A stretch of 64,000 nucleotides of DNA from a virus (lineage: Duplodnaviria > Caudoviricetes). Location of the stretch: the IMG/VR virus record IMGVR_UViG_3300031998_000004. The stretch is one strand, 5' to 3'. The notes beneath the pieces are model-generated. The model was not told the DNA's origin. It searched no databases and saw nothing but the letters and a program-made list of their open reading frames with translations. The translations under genes and the position numbers were made by a program. Shown piece after piece: positions 39,998 through 50,064 of this stretch (positions are counted from its first letter, which is position 1; each line of letters begins with the position of its first letter).

Positions 39998-40813
39998 TTA
40001 ACAAAACTGCTCTTTTTCTTTAGTATCACCAATGTATTCTAATTCGACTCTCAATGAAATACTAACCGGGCATCCAACCTTTGTCCACACACATTGCGCT
40101 AGGTGTTGATCACCATACAACCGACCGAGTCTGTTTTCTTCGAAATCTGAGTACGGCCAAAATATATCCCCGAGTTTTTTATGTCCGTTAATTTTTATAG
40201 TAATGATGTATGAGTTAAATATATCATTAGTACCCGAATATGTAAACGATTCAAGATTACGCACAAATACCCGAGCATCTAAATCGGGATCCAGCCAATT
40301 CTCAACTCCTTCTCCCAACGAAGTCATTACCATATTCCACCACTTCCTTTCCGACACATGTCGTTCATCGGTTTGATACTGGTAGTATTTCATTGGATAT
40401 TTGCCATCAACGTACATCCACGGAGCGTTACGGTCCTGAAGTGGTATAAAGATATTATCCATATGTCCTTGTAGTCCGGCCGCGACTAAAAGCCTTATAT
40501 CTCTATATTCGGTTTTCTGAAGAAGTCCTTCTTTGAATAAAGTAAAATACTGTATCTCTCCCTGATTACAGACAAATCCGACATCATACATCGGCCATTC
40601 ACTCAAACGATCTATCTCAGGAAAATCCGGAACCACTTGCGTACCAAACATAAACCGTTCACTTTGAGGACAGTGTTCCCAATGTGTTGTGCCCGACTCC
40701 TTTGCGGTTGTCGGTTGCCAAATACTATCTCCGTTGGGATACGTAACATTAACTATCTTTACTACTTTCTGTAGCAACCCACCCTGGGCTAAATCCTCAT
40801 CAAATAAAGACAT
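39998..40813 (-). CDS. MSIFD-motif family protein
   Basis: Starts MSLFDEDL. Confidence 0.7.
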   Translation of the reverse strand: MSLFDEDLAQGGLLQKVVKIVNVTYPNGDSIWQPTTAKESGTTHWEHCPQSERFMFGTQVVPDFPEIDRLSEWPMYDVGFVCNQGEIQYFTLFKEGLLQKTEYRDIRLLVAAGLQGHMDNIFIPLQDRNAPWMYVDGKYPMKYYQYQTDERHVSERKWWNMVMTSLGEGVENWLDPDLDARVFVRNLESFTYSGTNDIFNSYIITIKINGHKKLGDIFWPYSDFEENRLGRLYGDQHLAQCVWTKVGCPVSISLRVELEYIGDTKEKEQFC

Positions 40814-41480
40814 CGTTATCTGTGTTTGAATGTTTTCTATGAAGTCTTAAAAAGAATATTATGGTTGGTCTGGATGATGCCCATAATTTTGTTTTATCCA
40901 TATCGCACCAAAAACACTCCTCATTATTTATGGAGTTTATTGTGATTTCAACCTTAAATCGATTCACATCCGATAAATACCCATTATCAATAGAAGTACA
41001 ATGGACATCTGCAGAACACTCAGACCATATATGTCTTTTAATATTCTGTTCCATGTGACTTGCAACAATATTCCAATATGTTGAATATTTTGCTAGGGAT
41101 ATAAAAGGGCTAGTTGACCAATAAGGTCCGTAGCCGTGGTTTTCTGTGTCGGTTATTACCTCATCCGGTTCAGTCAGCGGCAGTGCTATGTCGAACTCAC
41201 CATCGAGACCGGCGAACCTTATAATATCTTCAAGTTTTCTAATATTTATATCAAATATCTCGATATAACTAACCCATCTACGTTTATCTCCTACATAGCA
41301 ATCAATTTTGTTCTCGGTTACCACATAATCCAATATGCCACGATCTCGAGGCCCAAGCATTCGTGCTCGTGTAGTATATCCGATTGCATCTCCTTCGGAG
41401 GCTTTGCAGTTTTTGAAATAACAAAAGTCAACACTGAAAGCGTTGTACATTTTGTCTTTGAAGTCACTGAATATACTCAT
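40800..41480 (-). CDS. MSIFD-motif family protein
   Basis: Starts MSIFSDF. Confidence 0.65.
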   Translation of the reverse strand: MSIFSDFKDKMYNAFSVDFCYFKNCKASEGDAIGYTTRARMLGPRDRGILDYVVTENKIDCYVGDKRRWVSYIEIFDINIRKLEDIIRFAGLDGEFDIALPLTEPDEVITDTENHGYGPYWSTSPFISLAKYSTYWNIVASHMEQNIKRHIWSECSADVHCTSIDNGYLSDVNRFKVEITINSINNEECFWCDMDKTKLWASSRPTIIFFLRLHRKHSNTDNDVFI

Positions 41481-41653
41481 TATAGAGGCATGTTGGACAA
41501 TCTCATTATTTCTTCAGCCTTCTTTGCAGATTCGATATAGAGCTTTACTGCATAGGCCAAATATTCTTTATCATACAGAGCCTGAATAGGATCAATCATT
41601 TTCCATTCAATCAGGACGTCGATGATGTCTGCGATTTTTTCTTGTACTGTCAT
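41480..41653 (-). CDS. Small hypothetical protein (57 aa, not in ORF track)
   Basis: MTVQEKIADIIDVLIEW...; TAATG overlap with the next gene. Confidence 0.55.
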   Translation of the reverse strand: MTVQEKIADIIDVLIEWKMIDPIQALYDKEYLAYAVKLYIESAKKAEEIMRLSNMPL

Positions 41654-41665
41654 ATCTGTTGTGTT

Positions 41666-42184
41666 TTAAGCTTCAATGGTTTTGAATATGTAAGTGTGTT
41701 TCTCAGCCAACCACTTCGGTAAGGTAACATAGACCTTGTTATTCTTACGCTCCACGGTGCACTGGCTCTTGGGAATGCGGTTCCAGTTGGTGCAAATGTG
41801 ATGGTAGAGATCAAAGCCCTTCCCACAGGCGTACTTGTAGGATTTAGAGCTACCGCTAAGGAGAACCCCTTTCTCAAGGACGTATGTGACCTTCTTGGCC
41901 CCCTCTTCCTTGGCCTTCTTCCAAGCTTCTTCCCTCTCCCTCTTCTCGCGCTCTACTCTCTCCTTCCACTGGCGTCCCTGTTCCAGGTACTGTTCGTAAG
42001 TAAAGGTGGAATTCAGCAAAGCCTTCTGACCGCAAGCCGTCAGGGTACCATCCGGGCGAATGTAGTTCTCAATAACGAACGCAACCATCAGACCGTCGGT
42101 GATCATATATGCACCTCTGCTAGTGCGATTGAGAACTGTAATGCCGCTTTCGTAGGTGTGGGGGAATGTGATCTCTGTATTCAT
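41666..42184 (-). CDS. Hypothetical protein (possible early gene)
   Basis: Higher GC; conserved upstream motif at 42207-42222. Confidence 0.65.
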   Translation of the reverse strand: MNTEITFPHTYESGITVLNRTSRGAYMITDGLMVAFVIENYIRPDGTLTACGQKALLNSTFTYEQYLEQGRQWKERVEREKREREEAWKKAKEEGAKKVTYVLEKGVLLSGSSKSYKYACGKGFDLYHHICTNWNRIPKSQCTVERKNNKVYVTLPKWLAEKHTYIFKTIEA

Positions 42185-42242
42185 AACTCTATCCTTTATC
42201 TGTTATGTATATATTTACCAAATCAACGGCATAAATTTAGTG

Positions 42243-42276
42243 AAAAAAAAAGGAGAAAATCCAAAAATTTTCTCCT
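42243..42276 (-). terminator. Intrinsic terminator
   Basis: AGGAGAAAAT-6nt-ATTTTCTCCT preceded by A8. Confidence 0.75.
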
Positions 42277-42302
42277 CAAATTCAATATATTTTTTCTTTA
42301 GA

Positions 42303-42962
42303 TTAGAAATCAAGTTTATAAGGATTAGCATCTATCTTGATGGTCAACTTACCCCAGAACTCACTTCCCTGTTCGTATTTTGCAGTGAGGTTTCCTTTAG
42401 ACCACATATTTTCTCCTTCAGATTTCCAGGACTCAAGTTTATTCAATACATTTTTATTTTCTGCACCCGTGCTTACAAACGTAAACTGATCAACAAAATA
42501 ATAATTTGGATCAACATATCGGAATCCAAGATTTGTTAATTCGGGTTTCATGGTTTTGAAATTAGCTGCGCGACCGAGCTCATCTTCCAGATCACTCACA
42601 AGCACAAACTCAGCAAGATAAAAGTTATCCCGGCTATATCCACCGTAACTCGTATTTGATACAAACATAACCGTTTTATCAGGAGACACTATTGAACTCT
42701 TATAACTTACATCGGAACCGTCAGGAGTTATCTTCTCGCAGTCATCATACTCCATCCACCCAGCATCTTGAAGTTTGCTTATTACGTCACCAATCATCTG
42801 TTCGGCACGGTATCCACCTTTGGCTTTATAAGTGAGTTTATAAGGAGTAAAAGGTTCCTGTTTAAATGATGCTGGAACAGTGAATCCATTTTTCTTAATT
42901 GCTTTTTTAAGATCAGCAACATTACCTACGGCTTCGGTTATGTATTGTGTGAAATTATTCAT
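42303..42962 (-). CDS. Putative internal head protein with T4-type capsid-targeting leader
   Basis: MNNFTQYITE-A resembles T4 MKTYQEFIAE. Confidence 0.55.
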   Translation of the reverse strand: MNNFTQYITEAVGNVADLKKAIKKNGFTVPASFKQEPFTPYKLTYKAKGGYRAEQMIGDVISKLQDAGWMEYDDCEKITPDGSDVSYKSSIVSPDKTVMFVSNTSYGGYSRDNFYLAEFVLVSDLEDELGRAANFKTMKPELTNLGFRYVDPNYYFVDQFTFVSTGAENKNVLNKLESWKSEGENMWSKGNLTAKYEQGSEFWGKLTIKIDANPYKLDF

Positions 42963-42965
42963 ATG

Positions 42966-43508
42966 TTACTTTTTCTTATTTCCAAATATACTTATATTAA
43001 ACTTCTCGTACTGACTGACAGCAAAGACGTCTAATATATAATTAGCAGATTTTCTCAAGATAGTAAATTCTTTATCACCCCCAATCCACTCGTACGAGCG
43101 CATTACTTCCGTATATCCGTCAAACTCAGCGGGTGTGTCTTCAATCTTTCTAGCGCCGTTCTCTGTTAAGTAATCTTCTATGATCTTGATTGTTTGTCCT
43201 GGTTCACGACCGGGTCTCTCCGTCCAAGCGAGTGTAATCTTATATATTGATTCTTCAGGTACAGATTCGGATTCATTTTTAATAGGTTCATTAATTGGTT
43301 TACGACTATTTATCTTTTCATATTGTTCAAGAGCAGTTTTAATATAAGAAGAAGTATCGTTTACTTCAATTCCGAATTCTCTCAATTGTTGACAAATATC
43401 GAGATAATATTCTACTTGTTTTTTACAATCGGTTTTTCTTCGGAGATGATTTTTGATAGTCTCTTTTACGTTATAATGCTTTTTCTTTAGTTCTTGAATC
43501 TTGTCCAT
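42966..43508 (-). CDS. Hypothetical protein
   Basis: Start at MDKIQE. Confidence 0.6.
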   Translation of the reverse strand: MDKIQELKKKHYNVKETIKNHLRRKTDCKKQVEYYLDICQQLREFGIEVNDTSSYIKTALEQYEKINSRKPINEPIKNESESVPEESIYKITLAWTERPGREPGQTIKIIEDYLTENGARKIEDTPAEFDGYTEVMRSYEWIGGDKEFTILRKSANYILDVFAVSQYEKFNISIFGNKKK

Positions 43509-43546
43509 ATTATGTTTGATTATTGATAAAAATATATTAAATTTGT

Positions 43547-44161
43547 ATGTTATCTCTATCGTTATCTCCAAGATATGACTTATTTAAATTTGCTTTACCG
43601 AAGACTTTTCTCCCAAAGGAAGTGAGTGATAAGTATCAAAAGATACTCAATCAAAATGCTGGTGTGCTTGCCACTCCCATAGACTATCTTAATGAGAGTA
43701 TTAAAGGAGTAAACATTCCCGGCATTTCTGATCTTATCATAGAACAAACTCAACATTCGTCTAATAGTATTAAAGGTCTTGGCAAATTAAATGTGGAACC
43801 AGCAAGATCTAATTCATATAAGTCAACAGCAAACCCTCTTGATAAGATTAATAAGGAAATAACAGTCACATTTCGCTTCAATCAAGGGTTCTATAATTAC
43901 TTTATGTTATATGAAACAATTTTTTATAAATATTGCAAACCAATTGATTATCCGGATGAAGATGTATTATATATAGAACTTTTAGATGAAACTGGTCGAA
44001 TAACATCTCGAATAAAATTCTTTGATTGTGTGTTGGATGGTATTGAAGGATTGGAATTTGATTATTCTAAAATTGAGCGAGATACTGGTACATTTAATAT
44101 AACATTTAAGTTTAACAATATAGATTTCGTCTTTGTTGATGAGAATGGAAATGAGATATAA
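43547..44161 (+). CDS. Putative tail tube / tail-completion (gp19/gp3-fold) protein
   Basis: V.IPGI, ITVTF, LEFDYS...FNITFKF beta-rich pattern. Confidence 0.5.
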   Translation: MLSLSLSPRYDLFKFALPKTFLPKEVSDKYQKILNQNAGVLATPIDYLNESIKGVNIPGISDLIIEQTQHSSNSIKGLGKLNVEPARSNSYKSTANPLDKINKEITVTFRFNQGFYNYFMLYETIFYKYCKPIDYPDEDVLYIELLDETGRITSRIKFFDCVLDGIEGLEFDYSKIERDTGTFNITFKFNNIDFVFVDENGNEI

Positions 44162-44167
44162 CCGATA

Positions 44168-44848
44168 ATGAAAACCCTAGTAGAAAGCATATTTGGTGAT
44201 AATGTTACTAACAATCCCAATGTAACTACCGTGCAAGATGCAGAAAAGGTTGTTGTGGATACTCTTGAAAGGTGTCTTAAAATGAAATGTCTTGATATTG
44301 CTGAGTCATCTCAATTTTTTCCTCAATTAAAGCAGAGCATGATATGGAAAAATGGTAAGTGGGCACTTGCTATGTGTCCTATGGATGAGGATTCTCAAAA
44401 TGTGTCTACAAACATATACTTACAATACAATCTTGATTGGCCCAGATACATTAAACCCGAAGAGAAAACGAAAATAGAAACATCAAATTTTTCTATTAGG
44501 ATTCTTATAAGAATCAGTCCCTGGAGAAACGATCAAATTATATTGAAAGAAATTGGTGTTGAAGTATATGAAGGATTTGGTTATGAATCTGGTACAGAGA
44601 TTTTAGATACTTCAATTTCCCATCATACTCGTCTCAAAGATATTATATTTAACACAAACACATTAGGTATAGTGAAATTCTTAGGAGAATGCTTTTTAAA
44701 GTTTAAGATGTACGTAGAGAATGATGTGTTTAATGAGGTATTCCGTCATCTTTATGCTAAACAAACAACCAAAGGTCAAACCAGTAGAAAACATGATAAT
44801 CTTGCAGCACAGGAGTTATCAAGAGTATTTAATACAATTGTAAAATAA
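44168..44848 (+). CDS. MKxLxE-SLFD family protein
   Basis: Starts MKTLVESIFGDNVTN. Confidence 0.75.
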   Translation: MKTLVESIFGDNVTNNPNVTTVQDAEKVVVDTLERCLKMKCLDIAESSQFFPQLKQSMIWKNGKWALAMCPMDEDSQNVSTNIYLQYNLDWPRYIKPEEKTKIETSNFSIRILIRISPWRNDQIILKEIGVEVYEGFGYESGTEILDTSISHHTRLKDIIFNTNTLGIVKFLGECFLKFKMYVENDVFNEVFRHLYAKQTTKGQTSRKHDNLAAQELSRVFNTIVK

Positions 44849-45501
44849 TGAAACCGTTAGTAGAAAGCTTATTTGATAGTGATCTTGTTCAACAAGGCGT
44901 ACCCATAAATATAGACTATGTATACGAAGAAGTATTTGCTGCTCTTAAAAAGTATAACTTTGAAGATTGTCCATATGAGAAATTAAATACTGGTTATGTT
45001 CCGAGCAAAGATATCATTATGCCAAATTCTCATAGTGATTATTTTTCATTTACAGTTTTACGACCGAATTACAAAATTAAATCATATGCGTCTGGAAGAT
45101 TCGGTACTGCAGAAGAAGTACTTACAGGAATATCTTTTGTAATAGGAACAGACGATCTTAAAGATGACGACACCAGTGTATATCTCCTCCGAGCTGACGT
45201 TCATTGGGTCGATATTGTGGGAGGTATGTGTTTTTCGACAAGTAGACTATTGTGGAGTGGAAATGATTGGGAACATTACTCAAAACTCAAAACAAACAAG
45301 ATAACGTCGGAAACTCTCGGAGATATCATCGACTATATCAAGTCGCGAATAGATAAATGTTTTCAAATGGTCACGAGAGATCGACAAGAGATATATAATA
45401 TCAAATTTGGACAAGCAAACAATGGTGGTGACCCGTGGTTAAAAGGTAGAAAAGATAATGTTTGGTATTTAGAGAAAATGAAAAAGGGACTCCGGAGATA
45501 G
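44848..45501 (+). CDS. MKxLxE-SLFD family protein
   Basis: Starts MKPLVESLFDSDLV. Confidence 0.75.
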   Translation: MKPLVESLFDSDLVQQGVPINIDYVYEEVFAALKKYNFEDCPYEKLNTGYVPSKDIIMPNSHSDYFSFTVLRPNYKIKSYASGRFGTAEEVLTGISFVIGTDDLKDDDTSVYLLRADVHWVDIVGGMCFSTSRLLWSGNDWEHYSKLKTNKITSETLGDIIDYIKSRIDKCFQMVTRDRQEIYNIKFGQANNGGDPWLKGRKDNVWYLEKMKKGLRR

Positions 45502-45511
45502 AGTCCCTTTT
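45482..45511. terminator. Bidirectional intrinsic terminator
   Basis: AAAAGGGACTC-8nt-GAGTCCCTTTT. Confidence 0.8.
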
Positions 45512-45542
45512 CTTATTTATGCAACAAAGTCTAACTCGCATA

Positions 45543-46619
45543 TTAGACAAAGACCAGGATGGGCTTGAGGTTGCACTTCACAAGGACCCCATCCTCGATG
45601 ATGTACGGATCAACGTGCTGCACCTGTCCAACTTCCTTGTTATAGAAAGTCTCTTCGTCAAATGAAGAAAGACGGACAGCAACGTTATCTCCGGGTTTGT
45701 AATTGACAAGCTCGTCAGGAGCTACCTTCACCATACCAGTGATGTTCAGATCGGTGACCTCAACAAAGACCCCACATTTCTTACTTGAGTTAATGACTCC
45801 CGTCACAACACCACCGTGCACTACCTTGGAGTACTTGTCCCACTGAGGTGAGTCCTCGCACCAGCGTTTGAACATCTCGATCATCCTTTCGTTACCCAGG
45901 AACGTCAAATAGGACTTTACAGAACATATAAGTGACATTCCATCACCTTTCGGAATGTAATTAAGAACGAACGCATCTACGTCCTTACCAATAAACTGTT
46001 CGAAGTCATCGGTGATGTTAAGAACGATCTGGCTACCAGGAATGAACGCATCTACTACATACTCTTCGCCAATGAATCCTGATGTAGAAGGAATAACTGC
46101 TTTACCAATAAATCCACCTGCAGTAAGCTGAAGATTCCTAACTTTAATAGTCCTGGGATCTCCAAGTACATTCTGACTGGTGGGATTAGAGACAGTATCC
46201 TGAATCCAAGCATCGGTCATTGGTTTGATGGGGTCGAGAGTGATTCGGTCTTTCTTGACATCAACAACCACAGCATCTATAGCCTCCTGTGAACCACCAC
46301 GGAGTTTCCTATACTTATATAGGTTAGATGCACACATCACCGTACCCTTGTAGTTGACATCTTCGAACTTGACGGAGTCCTTCGTGACGTTTGCAAGTCT
46401 GGTTTTGATGATATCACCAACTTTGTATTCTCGAGGGAGTTCATTTGCTTTACCATTGACTCCGGTAAGGTCTATTCCGTAAATTGTCTGGAAAGCTTCT
46501 GTTACTGTGTTGTTTCTGAATCGATCTGAATAAGATTTAATTCGCTTTTTGTCGTCAGCGAACTCCGGCCACTGGAACTGATCTCCAGGAACGGAACGAT
46601 TTGAATTTGAATGTTTCAA
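45543..46619 (-). CDS. Ribosomal protein bS1-like protein (about three S1 domains), TTG start
   Basis: YKVGDII, AFIPGSQI, GVFVEV...GMV...YKPGDNVAV. Confidence 0.75.
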   Translation of the reverse strand: MKHSNSNRSVPGDQFQWPEFADDKKRIKSYSDRFRNNTVTEAFQTIYGIDLTGVNGKANELPREYKVGDIIKTRLANVTKDSVKFEDVNYKGTVMCASNLYKYRKLRGGSQEAIDAVVVDVKKDRITLDPIKPMTDAWIQDTVSNPTSQNVLGDPRTIKVRNLQLTAGGFIGKAVIPSTSGFIGEEYVVDAFIPGSQIVLNITDDFEQFIGKDVDAFVLNYIPKGDGMSLICSVKSYLTFLGNERMIEMFKRWCEDSPQWDKYSKVVHGGVVTGVINSSKKCGVFVEVTDLNITGMVKVAPDELVNYKPGDNVAVRLSSFDEETFYNKEVGQVQHVDPYIIEDGVLVKCNLKPILVFV

Positions 46620-46670
46620 TTTTCGTGTGTTTTAATACGTTAAACTTATATAGACTATAATATATAGAAT

Positions 46671-46937
46671 TTACCTATTATATTTAAATTCAGACTTCGG
46701 TGGTATATCCAAAGCTATTCTGGAACGACCATCATCAGGAATCTCTCCTTCCACTCGATTCCAAAGAATAATTGTATCCTGACCGTGTATCTTTTTTACA
46801 AAATCAACAAACTCATTATACACAGACTCTCCTTTCTTTATTATCGGAAGGTCTGTTACATATTCTTTAACGAGTTTTCCTTCTGGAGATACTACTCCTA
46901 TTTCGTAATAAAAACTATTTTGAGTACTTTTTGACAT
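46671..46937 (-). CDS. Hypothetical protein
   Basis: ORF packing. Confidence 0.6.
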   Translation of the reverse strand: MSKSTQNSFYYEIGVVSPEGKLVKEYVTDLPIIKKGESVYNEFVDFVKKIHGQDTIILWNRVEGEIPDDGRSRIALDIPPKSEFKYNR

Positions 46938-47067
46938 CTCTTTCTGCTGCTTTGAGTTTAACTTTCCAAGCTCTTTTCTTCCTTGGGTCCATTTTCTTTC
47001 GCCCAGCTGTCTGCTTGGCTACCTTCAAGTCCCATTTGGCTATTTTGAGTTTTTCTTCTTTAGTCAT
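46915..47067 (-). CDS. Small very basic protein (50 aa, not in ORF track)
   Basis: MTKEEKLKIAKWDLKVAKQTAGRKKMDPRKKRAWKVKLKAAERDVKKYSK. Confidence 0.5.
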   Translation of the reverse strand: MTKEEKLKIAKWDLKVAKQTAGRKKMDPRKKRAWKVKLKAAERDVKKYSK

Positions 47068-47069
47068 AA

Positions 47070-47222
47070 TTATCTTCCCATTCCTCCTTCAGCAATGGAA
47101 ATAATTTCATCATCCAACATTAACACATAAGCTTCTCGATATGGAGCCCACATACCTCCTACTAAGGTATGTTCTAATTTAAGATGATCTTTCAAATATT
47201 GTCTGATTTCCTTCTCATCCAT
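47070..47222 (-). CDS. Small hypothetical protein (50 aa, not in ORF track)
   Basis: MDEKEIRQYLKDHLKL...; fills the gap. Confidence 0.5.
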   Translation of the reverse strand: MDEKEIRQYLKDHLKLEHTLVGGMWAPYREAYVLMLDDEIISIAEGGMGR

Positions 47223-47994
47223 TCCTATGCTCCCTATAATAAGCGGCTAACTTCCTCCAAGTATAAGGGCTAGCAACTTTATCCTTAAACCACTGAATGT
47301 ATCCAGGGTCGGACTTACATACTGCCATAAACTCCTGGTCCCTATACTTACCAATATTAAATACTATCCTTTCGGGTTCACCTGCATTAGCTGCATTCCT
47401 GATTGATCCTTCGGGAGAATAGAGATTATTCTCTGGCCACTCTTCAATCGGGATTCCGGACGTGTCGTCTTCTTTAATGACATCTTGCTGACATTTGAAT
47501 ACTTCTATTGTTGCTCCCACATCCGCGAGACTGTTATGTGCGTCCTCGAGACACTCTCCAGTGTAGTTGAAGTAGACGTTGGATAGTTTCCTAGGGTTGA
47601 GTCTTACCTCGATTCCGTAACTATCATAAAAGACCTTATCATCCATCGGGAAGTTCTTTCCAATCAGCAGTAGGTCTTTGTATATCATATTGACATCGAA
47701 GCGGTTACCATTAAAGGTGAGCACATCAGCATCATCAAACATTTCAATAAACTCATCTGCTACTGTGGACAGGAGAACACCGTTCTCTTCGATAAACTCT
47801 TTAGTAAGGCCATGTGCTTCAAACGCACCTTGTTTAATCTCATAAGCCCTGAGCGGACGAATGTAATGGTCAAAGGTCTTGACATGTTCGTAAGTGTCTT
47901 TCTTAAATTTAATAGCGGATAACTGAATAACGTAATCTTCCGTTTGCGAGAGACCCGTGGTCTCAACATCAAATGCAACAATGTAATGATTCAT
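47215..47994 (-). CDS. DEDDh 3'-5' exonuclease (DnaQ/Exo X-like)
   Basis: FDVETTGL, HG, FNGNRFD, AHNSLADV; C-terminal GKYR. Confidence 0.9.
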   Translation of the reverse strand: MNHYIVAFDVETTGLSQTEDYVIQLSAIKFKKDTYEHVKTFDHYIRPLRAYEIKQGAFEAHGLTKEFIEENGVLLSTVADEFIEMFDDADVLTFNGNRFDVNMIYKDLLLIGKNFPMDDKVFYDSYGIEVRLNPRKLSNVYFNYTGECLEDAHNSLADVGATIEVFKCQQDVIKEDDTSGIPIEEWPENNLYSPEGSIRNAANAGEPERIVFNIGKYRDQEFMAVCKSDPGYIQWFKDKVASPYTWRKLAAYYREHRNG

Positions 47995-48030
47995 GTATAA
48001 ATATACTTATATTACTGTGATTATTTATCC

Positions 48031-48300
48031 ATGAAGGATATTAAACAATATATACTTGAACGAGACGCTAATACCCTCCCCGCTCGTATCACAGTAGATG
48101 ATGATAAGGAGAAGGGTATCTTGAAGGTTTCTTTTGGAAAGAATGGTTGGGGTTTGAGTAATGAGTTCTCACAGATTGGAGAGATCGTCCAGGAGTACTC
48201 GAGACAGAATAACATCTATATCAGAAAATGTATCATTGACGAACTTGATGATGTATATGATATAGAGTTTACGTATTCAAATAAACACTTTAACGACTGA
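48031..48300 (+). CDS. Small protein with T4-type capsid-targeting-like leader
   Basis: MKDIKQYILE; first gene of a block of MKxLxE genes. Confidence 0.55.
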   Translation: MKDIKQYILERDANTLPARITVDDDKEKGILKVSFGKNGWGLSNEFSQIGEIVQEYSRQNNIYIRKCIIDELDDVYDIEFTYSNKHFND

Positions 48301-48788
48301 TGAAAAGCTTACAGGAAAGTCTATTTGACAAAGACATAATCCAGAACTCTGATGTCAGACTTGGGGAACTCTATGAGATATCTCCTGTCATTCACTACTG
48401 TGGTGTTACCAACAACATCCGTGAGGTGTTGGGGATGTTTGATGAGAAGGCTTGGGCTCGCGCAAAGTGGCCTCTTCACGTTCGCGAAGATTGTAGTTTT
48501 ATTGAATACTGGTCGGATATTGAACCAAGGAGACTTGTTCCTTTTATAAATATGTTCTTCAATCTCCCGATGTCAGACATTAATAAACTCTTTGAAAAAC
48601 CATCTACTGGAAGCGAGCATCTTGCAAAGTGTCTTGAGAAGTATTATTCATATCATGGTGCGAAAGCAAAGCACATCTATATTGTTGGCCGAAAATTAGA
48701 TAAAGATAGACTTATTGAAATAACAGTGTATAAGGATATTCTCGTTCCTAGTCCGAGTAGTATAAAATTAACATTTGAGAAACGATGA
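48300..48788 (+). CDS. MKxLxE-SLFD family protein
   Basis: MKSLQESLFDKDII; clear paralog of the next gene. Confidence 0.8.
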   Translation: MKSLQESLFDKDIIQNSDVRLGELYEISPVIHYCGVTNNIREVLGMFDEKAWARAKWPLHVREDCSFIEYWSDIEPRRLVPFINMFFNLPMSDINKLFEKPSTGSEHLAKCLEKYYSYHGAKAKHIYIVGRKLDKDRLIEITVYKDILVPSPSSIKLTFEKR

Positions 48789-49279
48789 AAACTCTAATGG
48801 AAAGTCTACAAGAAAGTCTATTTGACAAAGACATAGTAAAGGGCTCTGAGGTAAAACTTGGAGAACTTTATGAGTTGTCTCCTGTTAGACACCATAATAT
48901 GGTAATTAACAGTATACATAAAGTCCTCAATATGTTTGATGAGAAAAAATTGAAGAAAGAGAATTTTACTTTTAAGACAAACAGAGATCATGATTTCATA
49001 GACCTTTATGGATATCACACATGCATTGCTGAGTTTGTTGATATGATTCTTAATATACCTATGCAAGATATCAATAAGATATTCGAAGAACCATACAATG
49101 GAAACAAGCATATCGCTTCTACTATCGAGAAGTACTATTCAAACGGTGGATATTATGCAAAAAACATTTATATAGTAGGTAGAAAACTTAGTGCGGGAAA
49201 ATTGATTGAACTCACAGTATATGAGAATATCAATAATAGTTCTCCATCAAGCATAAAATTAACATTTGAAAAACGATGA
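48785..49279 (+). CDS. MKxLxE-SLFD family protein (duplicated leader)
   Basis: MKTLMESLQESLFDKDIV; ends SSIKLTFEKR like the previous gene. Confidence 0.8.
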   Translation: MKTLMESLQESLFDKDIVKGSEVKLGELYELSPVRHHNMVINSIHKVLNMFDEKKLKKENFTFKTNRDHDFIDLYGYHTCIAEFVDMILNIPMQDINKIFEEPYNGNKHIASTIEKYYSNGGYYAKNIYIVGRKLSAGKLIELTVYENINNSSPSSIKLTFEKR

Positions 49280-49851
49280 AGACATTATCGGAAAGTCTAT
49301 TTGATAATAATTTAGTAGAGAAAGATATACTTGAGAATCCCGAGTTTAAGAAATGGATTAATCAACCGAATACTCTTTGGTATATTTATTATTACTGGGA
49401 GTGTGGGGAAGAAGATTGGTTAAATGATTTCATGAAAGAAGATTGGCGAGTATACAAACCACTTGTTGATGAATTGTTGGAAATAATAACTAATTCTATG
49501 GGTAAGGTGTATACTTGGTATATGATTAATTTAGATCAATTTTATTATTCCGATGAGGTAAAAGACAAGTTTGCTGATGAGGCTGAGTTTTATGATATGA
49601 TGAATGACGCGAACTCCATAATTATTCATAGTCGCTCGGAGACAAAAGATGGAATATCGAAATCTGGTTTTCGTGGTCCTCTTCCGAAAAACAGCAGTGT
49701 GACTGCTCTTCTTCAACAACTTGAAGAGAAATTTACAAAACCCGGGCTTGTTGACGGAGGATTTTTCCTCACTAATGAAGATACTATAATAGTACTAGCG
49801 TTTCCAAAAAGAACCCCAAAAAATATACTTAAATTATTTAATCTCGATTAA
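49276..49851 (+). CDS. MKxLxE-SLFD family protein
   Basis: MKTLSESLFDNNLV. Confidence 0.75.
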   Translation: MKTLSESLFDNNLVEKDILENPEFKKWINQPNTLWYIYYYWECGEEDWLNDFMKEDWRVYKPLVDELLEIITNSMGKVYTWYMINLDQFYYSDEVKDKFADEAEFYDMMNDANSIIIHSRSETKDGISKSGFRGPLPKNSSVTALLQQLEEKFTKPGLVDGGFFLTNEDTIIVLAFPKRTPKNILKLFNLD

Positions 49852-50060
49852 TGATACCGATCAAATCATATATGGCTGATGCTCTTGTAGGGAAACGATT
49901 ACACTTCAGGTGCGATTGTCTCCTAAACATAGACGTAGTCGGAACAGTCAAAGGGTGGAGCCTGTATCATGATGAGATTATATGGGATGTGTATACCGAT
50001 GAAGGTAAGTTTATTAGGATTGGTGAGAATCATCCAAATATGTTTATAAATGAATTGTAG
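49851..50060 (+). CDS. Small hypothetical protein
   Basis: TAATG overlap. Confidence 0.55.
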   Translation: MIPIKSYMADALVGKRLHFRCDCLLNIDVVGTVKGWSLYHDEIIWDVYTDEGKFIRIGENHPNMFINEL

Positions 50061-50064
50061 CAGC

